Source of the DNA: Raja brachyura
Taxonomy: Eukaryota
Direction: 5' to 3'
Length of the DNA stretch: 64,000 nucleotides
Assembly (NCBI GenBank): GCA_963514005.1
Contig: OY740814.1
Span: 12,028,001-12,092,000 of the forward strand
Made by a program: the position numbers and the translations under genes
Shown: piece by piece, positions 52,232 to 64,000 of the stretch
How positions within the stretch are numbered: position 1 is the stretch's first letter
Layout of the letters: every line of letters begins with the position of its first letter
The notes under the pieces: generated by a model
Told to the model about the DNA's origin: nothing
Seen by the model: the letters and a program-made list of their open reading frames with translations, nothing else
Databases searched by the model: none

Positions 52232-53667
52232 GTCTGTATTCTGTTCCTTGTCTGGATGCCTCCGAAATATCACCATCGTGTCTGCTTCCACCCCCACTGA
52301 AAAGATGTTCCAGGCATCTGCATATCTTACCTTATGGTCTTCACGATTTTATAAGACTTGTATCAGGCTTATCCTCGGGTTCTAATGCTCCACAGAAAGC
52401 TATCCAACTTAGTCCAACCTTTCTAAATGTTTCACTGCTACTGATGTGAGGCTCCCTGACCTATGATTTCCTGGATTATCCCTGTTGCCGTTCTTAAACA
52501 AAGGAGCCACATTGGCTACTCTTCGATACTCGCATTTCAATGACTTGCAATAAATCCCATCAGGTGGGTCCCCATCCACTATTCATATTCTTCATGAGAT
52601 CCAATGCTATTTCCTTAATCTCAACATTTTCCAGGCATTGGCATAATACCTTCCATGTCCTTCTTGGTGAACTTAAAGGGAATCCGTGGACAAGGTTTTT
52701 CATACAGAGTAGTAGTAATTTGGAAAGAAGTATGAGAGGAGGTGATGGAGGCAGATAGAATTATGTTTATGACATTAGGACAGGTATTATATTGGAAAGG
52801 TATGGTGGGGATATGGGCCTAATGCAAGTGTGTAGATAACCAGCTTGGTCGACATAGATGAAATGGGCCGAAAGGGCCTGTTTCTCTGCTGCACAATTCT
52901 GTGATTCTTTTATGTTCAATACTGCACACTCTTTGGTCCCAATCTTCTGATTCTGTAGTTAGGCACTTGAACGTGCCAGGTACCTGGCAGGTATCGGATG
53001 AACTCTTTGAACTCTTGTTCCTGCAGCATTGTTCATTTTGCTTGTCCTTTCTTGCTGACTCTAGAGAAGGTATTTCATCAGACTGACTCATCCTATCTGG
53101 ACTTTTTCTGCTGGATATTCCCGGGATGTTCTGTTTCTCTTCCATGTTTCCAGTGGCAATTTTGCAGTTTCTTTCACACTTGTCCATATTCTGTATTTAA
53201 ATATTAACTGGAGAAACTACACCTCATTTTGGTAATTCAGGTTAAAATTCTCATTAATCATTTAGCTGGAAAGCATCCAGTGTTGGTATTGGGAAATTGA
53301 TCTTGAGTGCTTTGGTATAAACCTATGGCAACAGTTATGCTTCATTGCTTAATATTCATGGGCTTGGTGTCTCACACTGCCTCGGCAAGGCCACCAGCAT
53401 AATCAAGGACGAGTCGCACCCTGGCCACTCTCTCCTCTCTCTAATCAGGCAAGAGATATAGAAGTGTGAAAACGCACACCTCCAGGTTCAAGGACAGTTT
53501 CTTCCCAGCTATTAACTGAACTATCCTACCACAAATTGAGAGTAGTCCTGAACCACTATCTACCTCATTGGAGACCCTCAAACTATCTTTGATGGGACTT
53601 TACTGGCTTTATCTTGCACTAAACATTATTCACATTATGCCCTTTATCATATAGATGCACAGAGTCT

Positions 53668-53972
53668 CTTGCTCAGAGTAGGTGAATCGAGGACATAGGT
53701 TTAAGGTTAAGAGGAAAAGATTTAATAGGAATCTGAAGGGTAACTTTTTCACACAAAGGGTGGTGGGTGTATGGAACAAGCTGTCAGAGGAGGTAGTTGT
53801 GGCTGGGACTATCCCAACACTTAAGAAACAGTTAGACAGATACATGGTAGGACAGGTTTGGAGGGATATGGACCAAATGCAGGCAGGTGGGACTAGTGTA
53901 GCTGGGACATGTTGGCCGGTGTGGGCAAGTTGGGTCGATGGGGCTGTTTCCACACTGTATCACTCTATGACT
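53668..53972 (+). mobile_element. CR1-like LINE 3' fragment (a similar copy lies at ~54790-55022)
   Basis: RGHRFKVKRKRFNRNLKGNFFTQRVVGVWNKLSEEVV. Confidence 0.88.
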
Positions 53973-55094
53973 CGATGGATCTGTACACTGTGAATGGGTC
54001 GATTATAATCAAGTAGTGTCTGCTGATTGGTTAGTATGCAATATAAGCTTTTAACTATACCTCGGCACACGTGACAATAAACTAAACTCAAACTAGTATC
54101 TTCACAAGGAAATAGGAGCAGGAGTAGGCCACCATGCCCCTGAAACCTGCCCTGCCATCCAATATGATCATCACTGATCTGTGTTGACCTTTCATGTGCC
54201 TGTTTCACATAACCCTCAATTCCTCAGTATTTCAAATATTTGTCTGCCTCCACCTTAAATAGATCTAATGATCTGGCCTCCGCTATCCTTGGGAGCGGAA
54301 AATTACAGATTTGCTGCACTCGAAGAGATAAAATTTGTCATCATACAACTCATTATTGCGTAATTTTTGGGGGGAAGGCAGTGTCTGCCACCTAATTATT
54401 ATTTTTTTTAACTTGGCCTTTCCCCAAAGGGCGGTGGTGGAAAGTTACAACCATTTGGCAATGTTTTCTGAGGAGCAGAGTTAAACTTTAATCTCATGGA
54501 GTCTCATGGTCATCGGTTTTGGCTGAGACCTTAAAGGTGCCAGTCAGGGTACAGAGAGAGGCCACTTGAGTTGTTGGAGGTGGCAAGTTTATGTGATTAA
54601 ACCTCAGCCCAAGTACAACACCCTCAGTGAACACTACACAACATTGACATCAGCAACTACGACCTTCCATTGACCGCCTTTGGTTCCACTATGGTCTTCG
54701 GTTTTGCATTATTATGGTTACTGAGTAAGACGGTTATTAATTTATTGTATTATTTATAGGAAAATATTATATTTTCTATTGCATTTCTAGGAACCTGAGG
54801 GGTAACATTTTTACACAACAGATGGTGGGTGAATGGAATGTGCTGCCGGAGGATGTAGTTGCCACATACTATTTACAATGCTTAAGAAACAATTAGATAG
54901 TTACATGGGTAGGATTGGTTTAGAGGGACATGAGCCAAATGCAGGCAGGTGGGACTAGTGTAGACGGGGCATGTTGGTCGGCTTGGGCAAGTTGGACCTG
55001 TTTCAGCACTGTATAACTCTATGGCAATTATTGACTATTGTACAATTATTTGTATATAATTGCATATGAAGCTGCAGCAAACAGTTTAATTGTT

Positions 55095-55219
55095 AAAGAA
55101 GGAACTGCAGATGCTGGAGAATTGAGGTTTACACAAAAAGCTGGAGAAACTCAGCGGGTTCAGCAGCATCTAAAGAGTGAAGGAGATGGGCGACGTTTCG
55201 GGTCGAGACCCTTCTTCAG
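55095..55219 (-). mobile_element. Penelope-derived short element beginning at the hammerhead core (55192-55219)
   Basis: TSD agtttaattgtt (55083-55094, 55220-55231). Confidence 0.9.
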
Positions 55220-55565
55220 AGTTTAATTGTTTTGTTGCCGGTAAATATGACAATTAAACACCCTTCACTCTTGTATTGTGGCCTTTTCTCCGTCTGCGTG
55301 TGTCTGGTCTGCCTTTGTGACTGATTTAGCTTACTAGCCTTCCAGAGTCTTCAGAGTTCCAAGTGTATTTATGCAGAGTTATTAACCTTGCTATACTTGG
55401 GGTTAACCCAAGTAATCCCTTACCTTGTTACTGTCATGGAATGGGCCGTGCAGAGTTCATCATTGTGGTTCTGACTCACAGCACGTAATAGTTGTCATTG
55501 CTGGCAAGTGGATTGCTGAGAGATCAATATTTCGGCATCCTTGATGTTTGTAAGATGCCGGTCAC

Positions 55566-55872
55566 AGATACAGCGCGGAAACAGGCCCTTCGGCCCACCG
55601 GGTCCTCACTGACATGCGATCCCCGCACATTAACACCATCCTACACCCACTGTGGACAGTTTATTTACATTTACCAAGCCAATTAACCTACAAACCTGTA
55701 TGTCTTTGGAGTGTGGGAGGAAACCGAAGATCTCGGAGAAAACCCATGCAGGTCACGGGGAGAACGTACAAACTCCATACAGACAGAACCCGTAGTCGGG
55801 ATCGAACCTGGGTCTCCGATGCTGCATTCGCTGTAAGGCAGCAACTCTACCGCTGTGCCACTGTGACCGCCG
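55566..55872 (-). mobile_element. HE1-like V-SINE (young)
   Basis: Minus: ggcggtcacagtggcacagcggtagagttgctgcc...ccaggttcgatccc, V-domain, tail gaagggcctgtttcc. Confidence 0.88.
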
Positions 55873-55937
55873 AATGTTGGTTTGTGGACGTGGGTGCCTT
55901 TAACAAATAACATCAATGAGTGAACAGAAGAGAGGAA

Positions 55938-56562
55938 TAAGTAAGTAAGTTAGTTTATTGGCCAAGTATTCACATACAAGGAATTTGCCTTGGTGCTCCG
56001 CCCACATGTAACAACATGATATACAGTGACAGTTACGAATGACTCAGAAAACACTAAACATTAATAATAATAAAACATTAATAATAAAACACCATTGATC
56101 AAGCATGTGAACTTACAAAATACCAGCTCAAAGGGAGGCTACGGATTTTTGGTTATTGAGTAGAGCAACTACTCATGGATAAATACTGTTTTTATGTCTG
56201 GCTGTGGCAGCTTTGACCGTCCGGAGTCGCCTTCCAGAGGGAAGTGATTCAAAGAGTTTGTGGCCAGGGTGAGAGGGGTCAGAGATGATCTTGCCTGCTC
56301 GCTTCCTGGCCCTTGCAGTGTACAGTTCATCAATGGAGGGAAGGTTGCAGCCAATAACCTTCTCAGCTGATCGGACGATTCGCTGCAGCCTCCAGGTGTC
56401 GTGCTTGGTGGCTGAGCCAAACCAGACCATGATGGAGAAGGTGAGGACAGACTGTACGATGGCCGTGTAGAATTGGACCATCATTGCCTGTGGCAGATTG
56501 TGCTTCCTCAGCTGCCGTAGGAAGTACATCCTCTGTTGAGCCTTTTTGACTGTGGAGTCAAA
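55938..56562 (-). mobile_element. Rex1/Babar-like LINE 3' fragment
   Basis: ORF 56173-56604 VKKAQQRMYFLRQLRK...FYTAIVQSVLTFSIMVWFG...LQRIVRSAEKVIG...DPSHPGHKLFESLPSGRR; short tandem tail (aagt)n. Shorter relatives at ~9050-9470, 42270-42450, 44660-44900, 50215-50550 and 53375-53520. Confidence 0.88.
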
Positions 56563-57199
56563 AACTGGAAATTGTCGTACCCAGTTACCTTGGATGCTGT
56601 TCACTTCATCATGTTTCTACTTATTCTCCATGTGAACAAGTACAACAGAAGGCAATTGATGAACATAATAGTACACTGTTTCTAACTTGCAGAACAGCAC
56701 TCCCTGGAGTCATGGTCACCATAAACTACTCCCTCTTATTGCACAAACATATTTACAATAGTGCTTTATTTTAGTTTAAGGTAAGCAGTTTTGTAATGCT
56801 CCAGGCCTTTTTTTTTGGCAGATCCTGCCTTTCAGGCTTTGAGTCATTATTATGGAGTTTTGATGCACTGCTTTGCACAGAAAGATGATGAAACCGTGTG
56901 TTGCTTGGAGCTTGCTCCACAACCATCATGTGACTGAACAATGACGGCCAAAATGCCAGTCATTGAAATCAATCTCTGCAAACCACAACTCTGTCGAAAT
57001 AAGCAACTGTGAGCAAAATTGTCTAACCAAATCTATGACCGCTGTGCAAGGTTAGAATCTACAGAGTCCTCAAAGCTTTGATGTTGATTGGTTTAGTTCC
57101 AATATTAAATTATATAACATTTTAGGTGTCTGACAGTCAACCAAGTGTTTCTTTTTACAAATGCATCCCGTAATTGTTGGAGTCAAGCTGAAATAATCA

Positions 57200-57331
57200 C
57201 GTGCGTAAGAAAGAACTGCAGATGCTGGGAAAAATTGAAAGTAGACAAAAATGCTGGAGAAACTGGTGAGGCAGCATCTATGGAGTGAAGAAATAGGTGG
57301 CGTTTCGGGTCGAGATCCTTCTTCAGACATA
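57200..57331 (-). mobile_element. Penelope-derived short element
   Basis: TSD tgaaataatca (57189-57199, 57332-57342). Confidence 0.88.
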
Positions 57332-59415
57332 TGAAATAATCAAATGTTCAATCAGAAATAGCACTAATGTAATTAGCAGGCTTTATGGTTATAATGGTAA
57401 AACCCAGCAATTTCTTTAGATGTGTAAATTAAAATGGTAATCCTTAGGTTGTTGACAGTAATTCAGTTCTCCACACGTTGTGCCATCATGTAATCTTCTT
57501 GCAACAAATCAAGATAAATCATTGAATTGATGAAAATCTCTGGCCTGTCAAATTAGCCTTACAGTAAATTCTTAAAAGGAGAACTAAACATTGATAACTG
57601 CGTCTCAAACGCCCTTGTCCCAAATAAAATCTCATTTCATTTATGTGGAATATACATTCACTAAAAAAGGCATTTTTATTCATTTTAAATTTGATTTTAA
57701 ATTTAAATTAGATTAAGGTGTCAGGGGTTATGGGGAGAAGGCAGGGGAATGGGGTTGAGAGGGAAAGATAGATCAGCCATGATTGAATGGCAGAGTTGGC
57801 TTGATGGGCTAAATGGCCTGATTCTGTTCCTATAACTTATGAACTATGAAGTTTAATGATATCACCATTGCTGCAAAGTGGAAATCCTATTTATCAAATG
57901 CTTGGCATCAAATGTCTTGAAGAAGGGGAAACGTGAGCCACTGTTTGATTGTTTCTAGGCAGCATGCAATCCATTGTGAGAATATTGTTTCAGAATTCAC
58001 ATATTCCCTACACTTTTTATATACATTTCTCCTGTTCATTGAACACCAGGGACCTGTTTTCATGTTGTAAAATAGGCTTTAATTCCACCTGATCAACAAT
58101 ATCAGAGCATTATATTTTATGAAGCCACCTTCGGGTACAGAGAGCTTTTGAAAACGCTTTCTCTGATACTGTTTAAATTTGTGAAGTTCTGGTACTTTTT
58201 AAAGAACCTTGCAAGTAAGTGCTTTAATATAAACAACCAGTGAACTGGCTGCTCTGCTCCTGAGGATGCCTCCAATTGCTTTTAATCCTTTTCTAACACT
58301 TTGGTGGAGATATTGTTTGTTGACATCTTTTGCATGCGTTGCATTTGAGATGTGATTCCACGATGTATCTCCATTGAAGTTGCTCCTTTGTATCTCCATG
58401 ACTAAGAGGTTCAATGGGAAGGAACCACCGATCTTGATGTAATTCTCTACTCCTGCTATCAAGTCATATTTTCTTTACCCTCTTTGTGCAGTTAAATTAT
58501 ATTTAGGATAATTTGAGTGAAGGTTTATTTCCACCAGAATTGTTTTAAAACAATTACCAATTGTGGTTAACTTCGATCTGCAGTCAGATAAACTGGAAAA
58601 TAAGTGGGATTTTTCCAAGCTATTTAGTCGGTGTCCTGAAGATGGCTCAGTGTATTTTTTCCAATTTTCACGCTAGACTTCGAACTATAAATTATGTTTC
58701 CAACGATGAGAATGATACCAGATGTTTCTGGTTTTCTTTCCTTGTTTTTTTTGTGGGCACTGTATTTCAGTGTATGAATTGTCCATGTTAGTGTACAACA
58801 GACCAGAGAAGGTAGCAATAAAGGTAGCCAGAAGATTGGCTGCAATAAATCTCTGTTGCCTGTGGAATTTTCTGTTCACTGGTTGCAATTTGGTAGCTGG
58901 AATATTGGGCTAATGTGGATTCAAAGTAGTACAAGTGGCATTGAAATGTTCTGTAGTTAGCATACATATGCACGGTTTATTTGAAATAGCATTATTTACT
59001 ATTACTAATTATTTGTGATGCTCATGTTACTGCTTGCACACTTATATTCTCAATAAGTGTGGTTCAGTAACTTTACAAGGTTGTTGCCCACATTGGATCT
59101 CCGCACATATTCTTAGTGTGTCAAAATAAAATCTGGGTAAAAAAAAACTTGTTCTTTTAAAAAAAAGTTCTCCTTACATTGGAAGTTGGTGCTGGTACAT
59201 ATGTGGGAAGACATCTTGAGTGTGTACCCTTGAAGAACTGTACCTCATGCACTTGTGATACAGATACAAATGTACATTGCTTATGTTCTAAATGGACACA
59301 GAAACACCATGTTAGTCAACTCAGTATAATTTGATTGCTTGGCTTAATAAAAAGGCCAAATGGGAAAATTATCACAATTAAAGAGGAACATTTCATGTTG
59401 GTGCAATAAGAATTT

Positions 59416-59695
59416 GGGCGTCGCAACTGGTAGAGTGTCGGAGACCTGGGTTCAATCCTGAACACGGGTGCTGTCTGTGCAGAGTTTGTAAATTCTCTCT
59501 GTGAGCGCATGGGTTGTCTCCGGGTGCTCCAGTTTCCTCCCACATCCCAAAGATGTACAGATTTGTAGGTTAAATAGCTTCTGCTAATTGTAAAACCGTC
59601 CCTCGTGTGTAAGATAGCGGTAGTGAATGGGGTAATCGCTGATCGACGAGGACTCGGTGGACTGAAGGGCCTGTTTCCATGCTGTATCTCTAAAG
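59416..59695 (+). mobile_element. HE1-like V-SINE
   Basis: gagacctgggttcaatcctg...ctccgggtgctccagtttcctcccaca...gaagggcctgtttccatgctgtatctctaaa. Confidence 0.85.
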
Positions 59696-61014
59696 TAAAT
59701 AATGTCTAAGGATGAAGGAGAAAGCAGAGTAGACACCATCACAGGTGCTGATCTTCCATTATCAAAGCTACAGTGCCCTCCATAATGTTTGGGACAAAGG
59801 CCCATCATTTATTTATTTGCCTCCGTACACCACAAAGAAGGAATGGAATACTTCATTGTCACATGTGACAAGGCACAGTGAAGTTCTTTGCTTGCTTACC
59901 TTGGGTATGCAAATAATCGCCACACGTGGCGCTGACATAGTTACAAAGTACCCCCGTCAGCTACTTTATTCTCCCCCTCCCCCTCACCCATGCCAGATCC
60001 TCCATTGTTCTTCCCCTTCCCCTCCCCTTACAGTGATCCCCCCCCCCCCCCCCCCCCCGTGCCCTCATCGACTGCCGACCGTGGGCCGACCAGCGAGGCT
60101 TCACCGCAGCCGCGGCGGCGAAGCTCCGTCGGTCACGATGCCCCGCTGACCTCGCCGAAGCACCATCACCGCCGCCGAGGGCCACCGCTGTTGCCGAGCC
60201 TCCATTGGCCCAGTCAGGATGCAAAGAGCAGAGGAAGCTTTTACAGGACGTGAATATTCTCTTTGCTGAAATTGAAATATTTCCAGACACGTTAATAGTG
60301 AACTCATAAAATTGTCAAAACAGTTCAAGTGTATGTACATGTGTCTCCTGTGCTTCTGATAAATATTTATCATCTTCAAAGATGTCAGCAAAAGTTGGGA
60401 TGCGAATTTGCCTTTCCCCGTTCATTGCACCATATTTACTTGTGGGCGGAACACCAAGACAAATTCCTTGTATGTGAATACTTGGCCAATAAACTTACTT
60501 ACTTGCACCATATTACTCTACAGGAGTAGATTAGTCTGTGAGTTATTGCCTTATCTACTAAGTCAAATGGAATGGAGTTCTGTGTTAGAGAACAGTTTTT
60601 TTTAAAGTGTAACTTTTATAAAAAAGTAAAGTGCTACTGTTTATATTGATGCAAACTGGAGGTATATACGACATTTTGAGTTGCCAACACATTATTTGTA
60701 ATTAGAACACTTGAGAGTTTAATTACAATATTCAATTAAATAATTACATAGTGATATGGAGAAGTATTATTTACAACATGACTGGGCACTTTTTATGGGT
60801 GAATATTTATTGTTCTTTGCATATTGAGTTTTCCATGTTTTGGAAGCATGTGGCATACAAAATCCTTATTTGTAGAAAATATTCACTATAGTTTGGGCTA
60901 AAATTGTATTTTAATATCTGGCAGAAATCTGCATTCGTAATGTAAAGCATAAAGAGTTATGCGATCTCCTGCTTGAGTAACTAACATTTTAACCCTTTTC
61001 TATCCTTTCTGCAG

Positions 61015-61093
61015 TGATCCGTACGCTAAAGTGTCTCTGTATGATCCAATAAAAGGAGAACTTGCCAGCGTTCAAACCAAAACCATTAAGAAG
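61015..61093 (+). CDS. NEDD4: NEDD4 exon 3, 79 nt (C2 domain)
   Basis: Polypyrimidine tract plus ctgcag|; (S)DPYAKVSLYDPIKGELASVQTKTIKK; donor |gtgggt. Confidence 0.95.
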
Positions 61094-63107
61094 GTGGGTA
61101 GGTCTGAAATGTTTACATAACTGGAACATCATAGTATTTATAATAAGTGACCAAAAAGGTGATTTAAAAGCTGATGCTAGTAAAATTACAAATGTCAACG
61201 TTGCAGCTAATAATGTTGCTCATTGTTTCAAACAAGTAGATTATGGTCCATCAACCAATGTTCCTGGTATTAGCAGATGGCAAGAGTAGAAAGTCCTATC
61301 ACATCCATTTGCAATGATGATGCCTAATCCTATTTACATCAACCAAAAGACATAACATGTCTAAACAGCCAATTGAAATAATGTTGAACCAGAAACCTGC
61401 TTGGGTTTCAATTTCCAGAAGTAACCTAGTTTTGTAAAGCATGTTGTGTTACCTGATTCAAGATGGGCAAGTCCTTGCTACTGAATAGCATTTCATATGT
61501 CCGGGTGGAGGATCTTGAGCTGAAAGGCCAACCGTTCATTTCCCATCACAGATCCTGCCTGAGTTCTTTGTTTTTTGCTCCAGAGCCCAGCATCTACAAT
61601 TTCTTGCACCTCTCCATCTGTGTGGATCAGGTGAGGGCTGGATCTCCTGGGGTCAAATCAACAGCAGGCATTCAATAACCAGGCTGAAGACTGCACATTC
61701 TCACACCTATGTTCGCTTTCCAAATAGTTGAAAGGTCACCTACAAAATATTGGTGCTAAATTGAGGAATTTAAACTTTTCAGAAGATGTAGGGAAATTGT
61801 ACATAAAAGTGACGAAAGGAAATTGTTTTAAGTTAGTGTATTTGACTACTTATTGGGTCATCATTCTTATGGATGGAAATTATTCGATGGCTTAGCAGTT
61901 CCCCATAAGTGTGCTGCAGGTTGTATTTGCATGCAAGTTATTTAGGTGAACTTCACAAGTATTTGAATCACTCAGATTTTACATCTCCTAATCAAAAATA
62001 AACTTCAGTCATTCTTAAACCCATTCCCATTCAGATGTGGTGGGGAAATGCTGAGTGTAAAACTAAAATTGAAACCCCATCTAGAGGCTGTTCCATTTTC
62101 CATTTGTTCAAATATGTTGCCAAAAAGGCTAGTTTGCACTGGCTACAGGAAATGTAAGCTTGGATCAAAAAGCTTTCTGTCTCATAATTTATGATATCAC
62201 TTGGATTGGGGCCAAACTTCTGCATGATCACCCATCTCTATCTTGCCAATGTACTAACTCTGTTTGATGCTTGCTGTGAATATCTTGCGATACAAGTTAG
62301 AGACTGCAGCTTGCATGAGTCATGGTTTGACAGCTCGAAGGAGCTTGCAATTCATTGAGGGCATTCTTAAGGACAGCTGCTTGTTACTTAGTTTTAAAAC
62401 ATTATGTCGTAATATTTCCATTCATATTAACCAGGGCGTGTAAGAAAGCATTACCTTGATTTTGTGAACATGCGAGGACATTTTATCAAAACCAATTTTG
62501 ATAATTGAAAATTAATGATTTTGCTTTGTGTATTTTCATTTATATTTGTGTGTGCTTGCCTGTTTTTTTATACTAAATGTTCTTGTGAGCTAATTTGCAA
62601 TGGTAGCTGCCTGCACAAACTAGCCAGGGAATAATTTATCTTTCCATCCATGATGTACCCTCATTTTTACAGCTTCCAGCTTGGCAGAGTATCTCTAACC
62701 AGCTATTTTTCTGCTTTCTGGATGATCGGGCAGCTTTGCTATTCAACATAAAGTGGAGTTATGATCTAACAGTAAAAATTAAATCACTTGGTAAAATATG
62801 GGCAATAATGCTTTTTATCTTTTAACTGGAATGCACAATGCTTAATTAAAAACAAATCTTACTTCTCTAGTTTTGATGAAAGGTTACCTCTGGGTGCCAA
62901 GAAACTGTTAAACAGTGGGATTCTTCAACTGGGAATGTTTAGATTTCTACCTCTTTCCAAGGATGTTGCTTGGCCTGCTGAGTCTTATTGACATTTTCTA
63001 TTTTTGTCATTAAAAACAAAAATAATGTTTTTGAATTGTTTGAGAACACGTGTGTGTTTTTAAAAAAAACATCAAATTCTCAGATTGAATGTTGCTGTTT
63101 CTTTCAG

Positions 63108-63146
63108 ACTTTGGATCCCAAGTGGAATGAAGAATTTTATTTCCGA
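63108..63146 (+). CDS. NEDD4: NEDD4 exon 4, 39 nt (C2 domain); gene continues beyond the window
   Basis: Acceptor tttctttcag|; TLDPKWNEEFYFR; donor |gtgagt. Confidence 0.95.
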
Positions 63147-63649
63147 GTGAGTACACTTCATTTGTTTCACTTCTGTGCGTTAGACATTTAAAGCACCATA
63201 AATGGGTGCACTGCCTGTTTGTGGATGGAAGATAATTGCATGTTGGAGGGCCAAAGTTAATTTGTGAGTTTGTTGGGTTGATGGTCCTCCAAATATGAAG
63301 GTCCACACTTGCAAATGGATACAGTTGTGCCACAAAATTGCCTATTTATTTTTACAGAGCCATGTGAGCATGTGGTGAGGGGGATAATAACCGAACTCAA
63401 GTAGAATCAGACCTCCTAACACAGGATTAGGGTATTTTAATTAGATTGTTGAACCAGAATGTTCTCATAAAGAGTCATCTGTTTCATTGCTGTCCCTGCA
63501 TTGAATATTGTGTTACTCTGAAGCTGAGCTTTGTCTGTTCTGTTGAACTGCATTTAACTATAGAATTCTAGAAGCAAAGCATTCATTAATTCTATCTGGC
63601 CTTGCAATTTAGTCCTCATTCTCAACTGTGAGCAATTAAAATGTAGTTA

Positions 63650-63903
63650 ATAGGCCCTTTGGCCCATTGAGTCCATGCCGACCTGTGAACACCTGTACAA
63701 CAACTTTATCTTACACACTAGGGACAATTTTACCTCGGTTATTTAGCCTACAAACCTGCACGTCTTTGGTGTGGGAGGAAACTGGAGCACCTGGAGAAAC
63801 TCCATGCGGTCGCAGGGAGAACGTACGAACTCCGTACAGACAGCACCCGCAGTCAGGATCGACCCCGTGTCCCTGGCACTGTGAGGCAGCAACTCCACCG
63901 CTG
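63650..63903 (-). mobile_element. HE1-like V-SINE
   Basis: Same family sequence. A degenerate plus-strand copy also lies at ~12690-12930. Confidence 0.8.
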
Positions 63904-64000
63904 ATTCTTCCACTATCCTGCTTCTCTTCTCCTCTCCCAATACATCCCCTTCCAGCTGCATCCCTCCCTCTGGCTTTAATTTCAGTCCTCTCTATATCTG

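Noticed and set aside
55790-55872. tRNA gene
   Set aside because: The A/B boxes belong to a SINE head followed by V-domain and LINE tail; no cloverleaf.
59840-60240. GC-rich block as an internal promoter
   Set aside because: Begins with a LINE-tail-like segment (tacttcattgtcacatgtgacaaggcacagtgaa) and a poly-C run; more likely a repeat, and I cannot assign it.

Overview
Vertebrate genomic DNA, most likely a cartilaginous fish (skate/ray-like; inferred from the repeat families, not provable here). The + strand carries the last five coding exons of RFX7 (4335-20847), including a U12-type AT-AC intron, and a probable long 3' UTR. These are followed by the first four coding exons of NEDD4 (C2 domain, 34220-63146); the RFX7 then NEDD4 order matches human. 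The rest is TE-rich: a decayed ISL2EU/Harbinger-type DNA transposon, many Penelope-like (GIY-YIG) fragments with minimal hammerhead motifs, CR1-like and Rex1/Babar-like LINE pieces, HE1/V-SINE and Deu-type SINEs, a hAT MITE and a probable Helitron. The most notable observation is a ~135-141 bp TSD-flanked retroposon in two copies (28521-28655 +, 45329-45469 -). Its 5' 54 nt form a complete minimal HDV/CPEB3-like ribozyme, and both insertions start at the predicted cleavage nucleotide G1. Also notable are a 23/25 complementary intronic pair enclosing NEDD4 exon 2 with a competing hairpin, and a ~325 bp Penelope palindrome in the probable RFX7 3' UTR. Exon and ribozyme coordinates were counted by hand; most TE boundaries are approximate.
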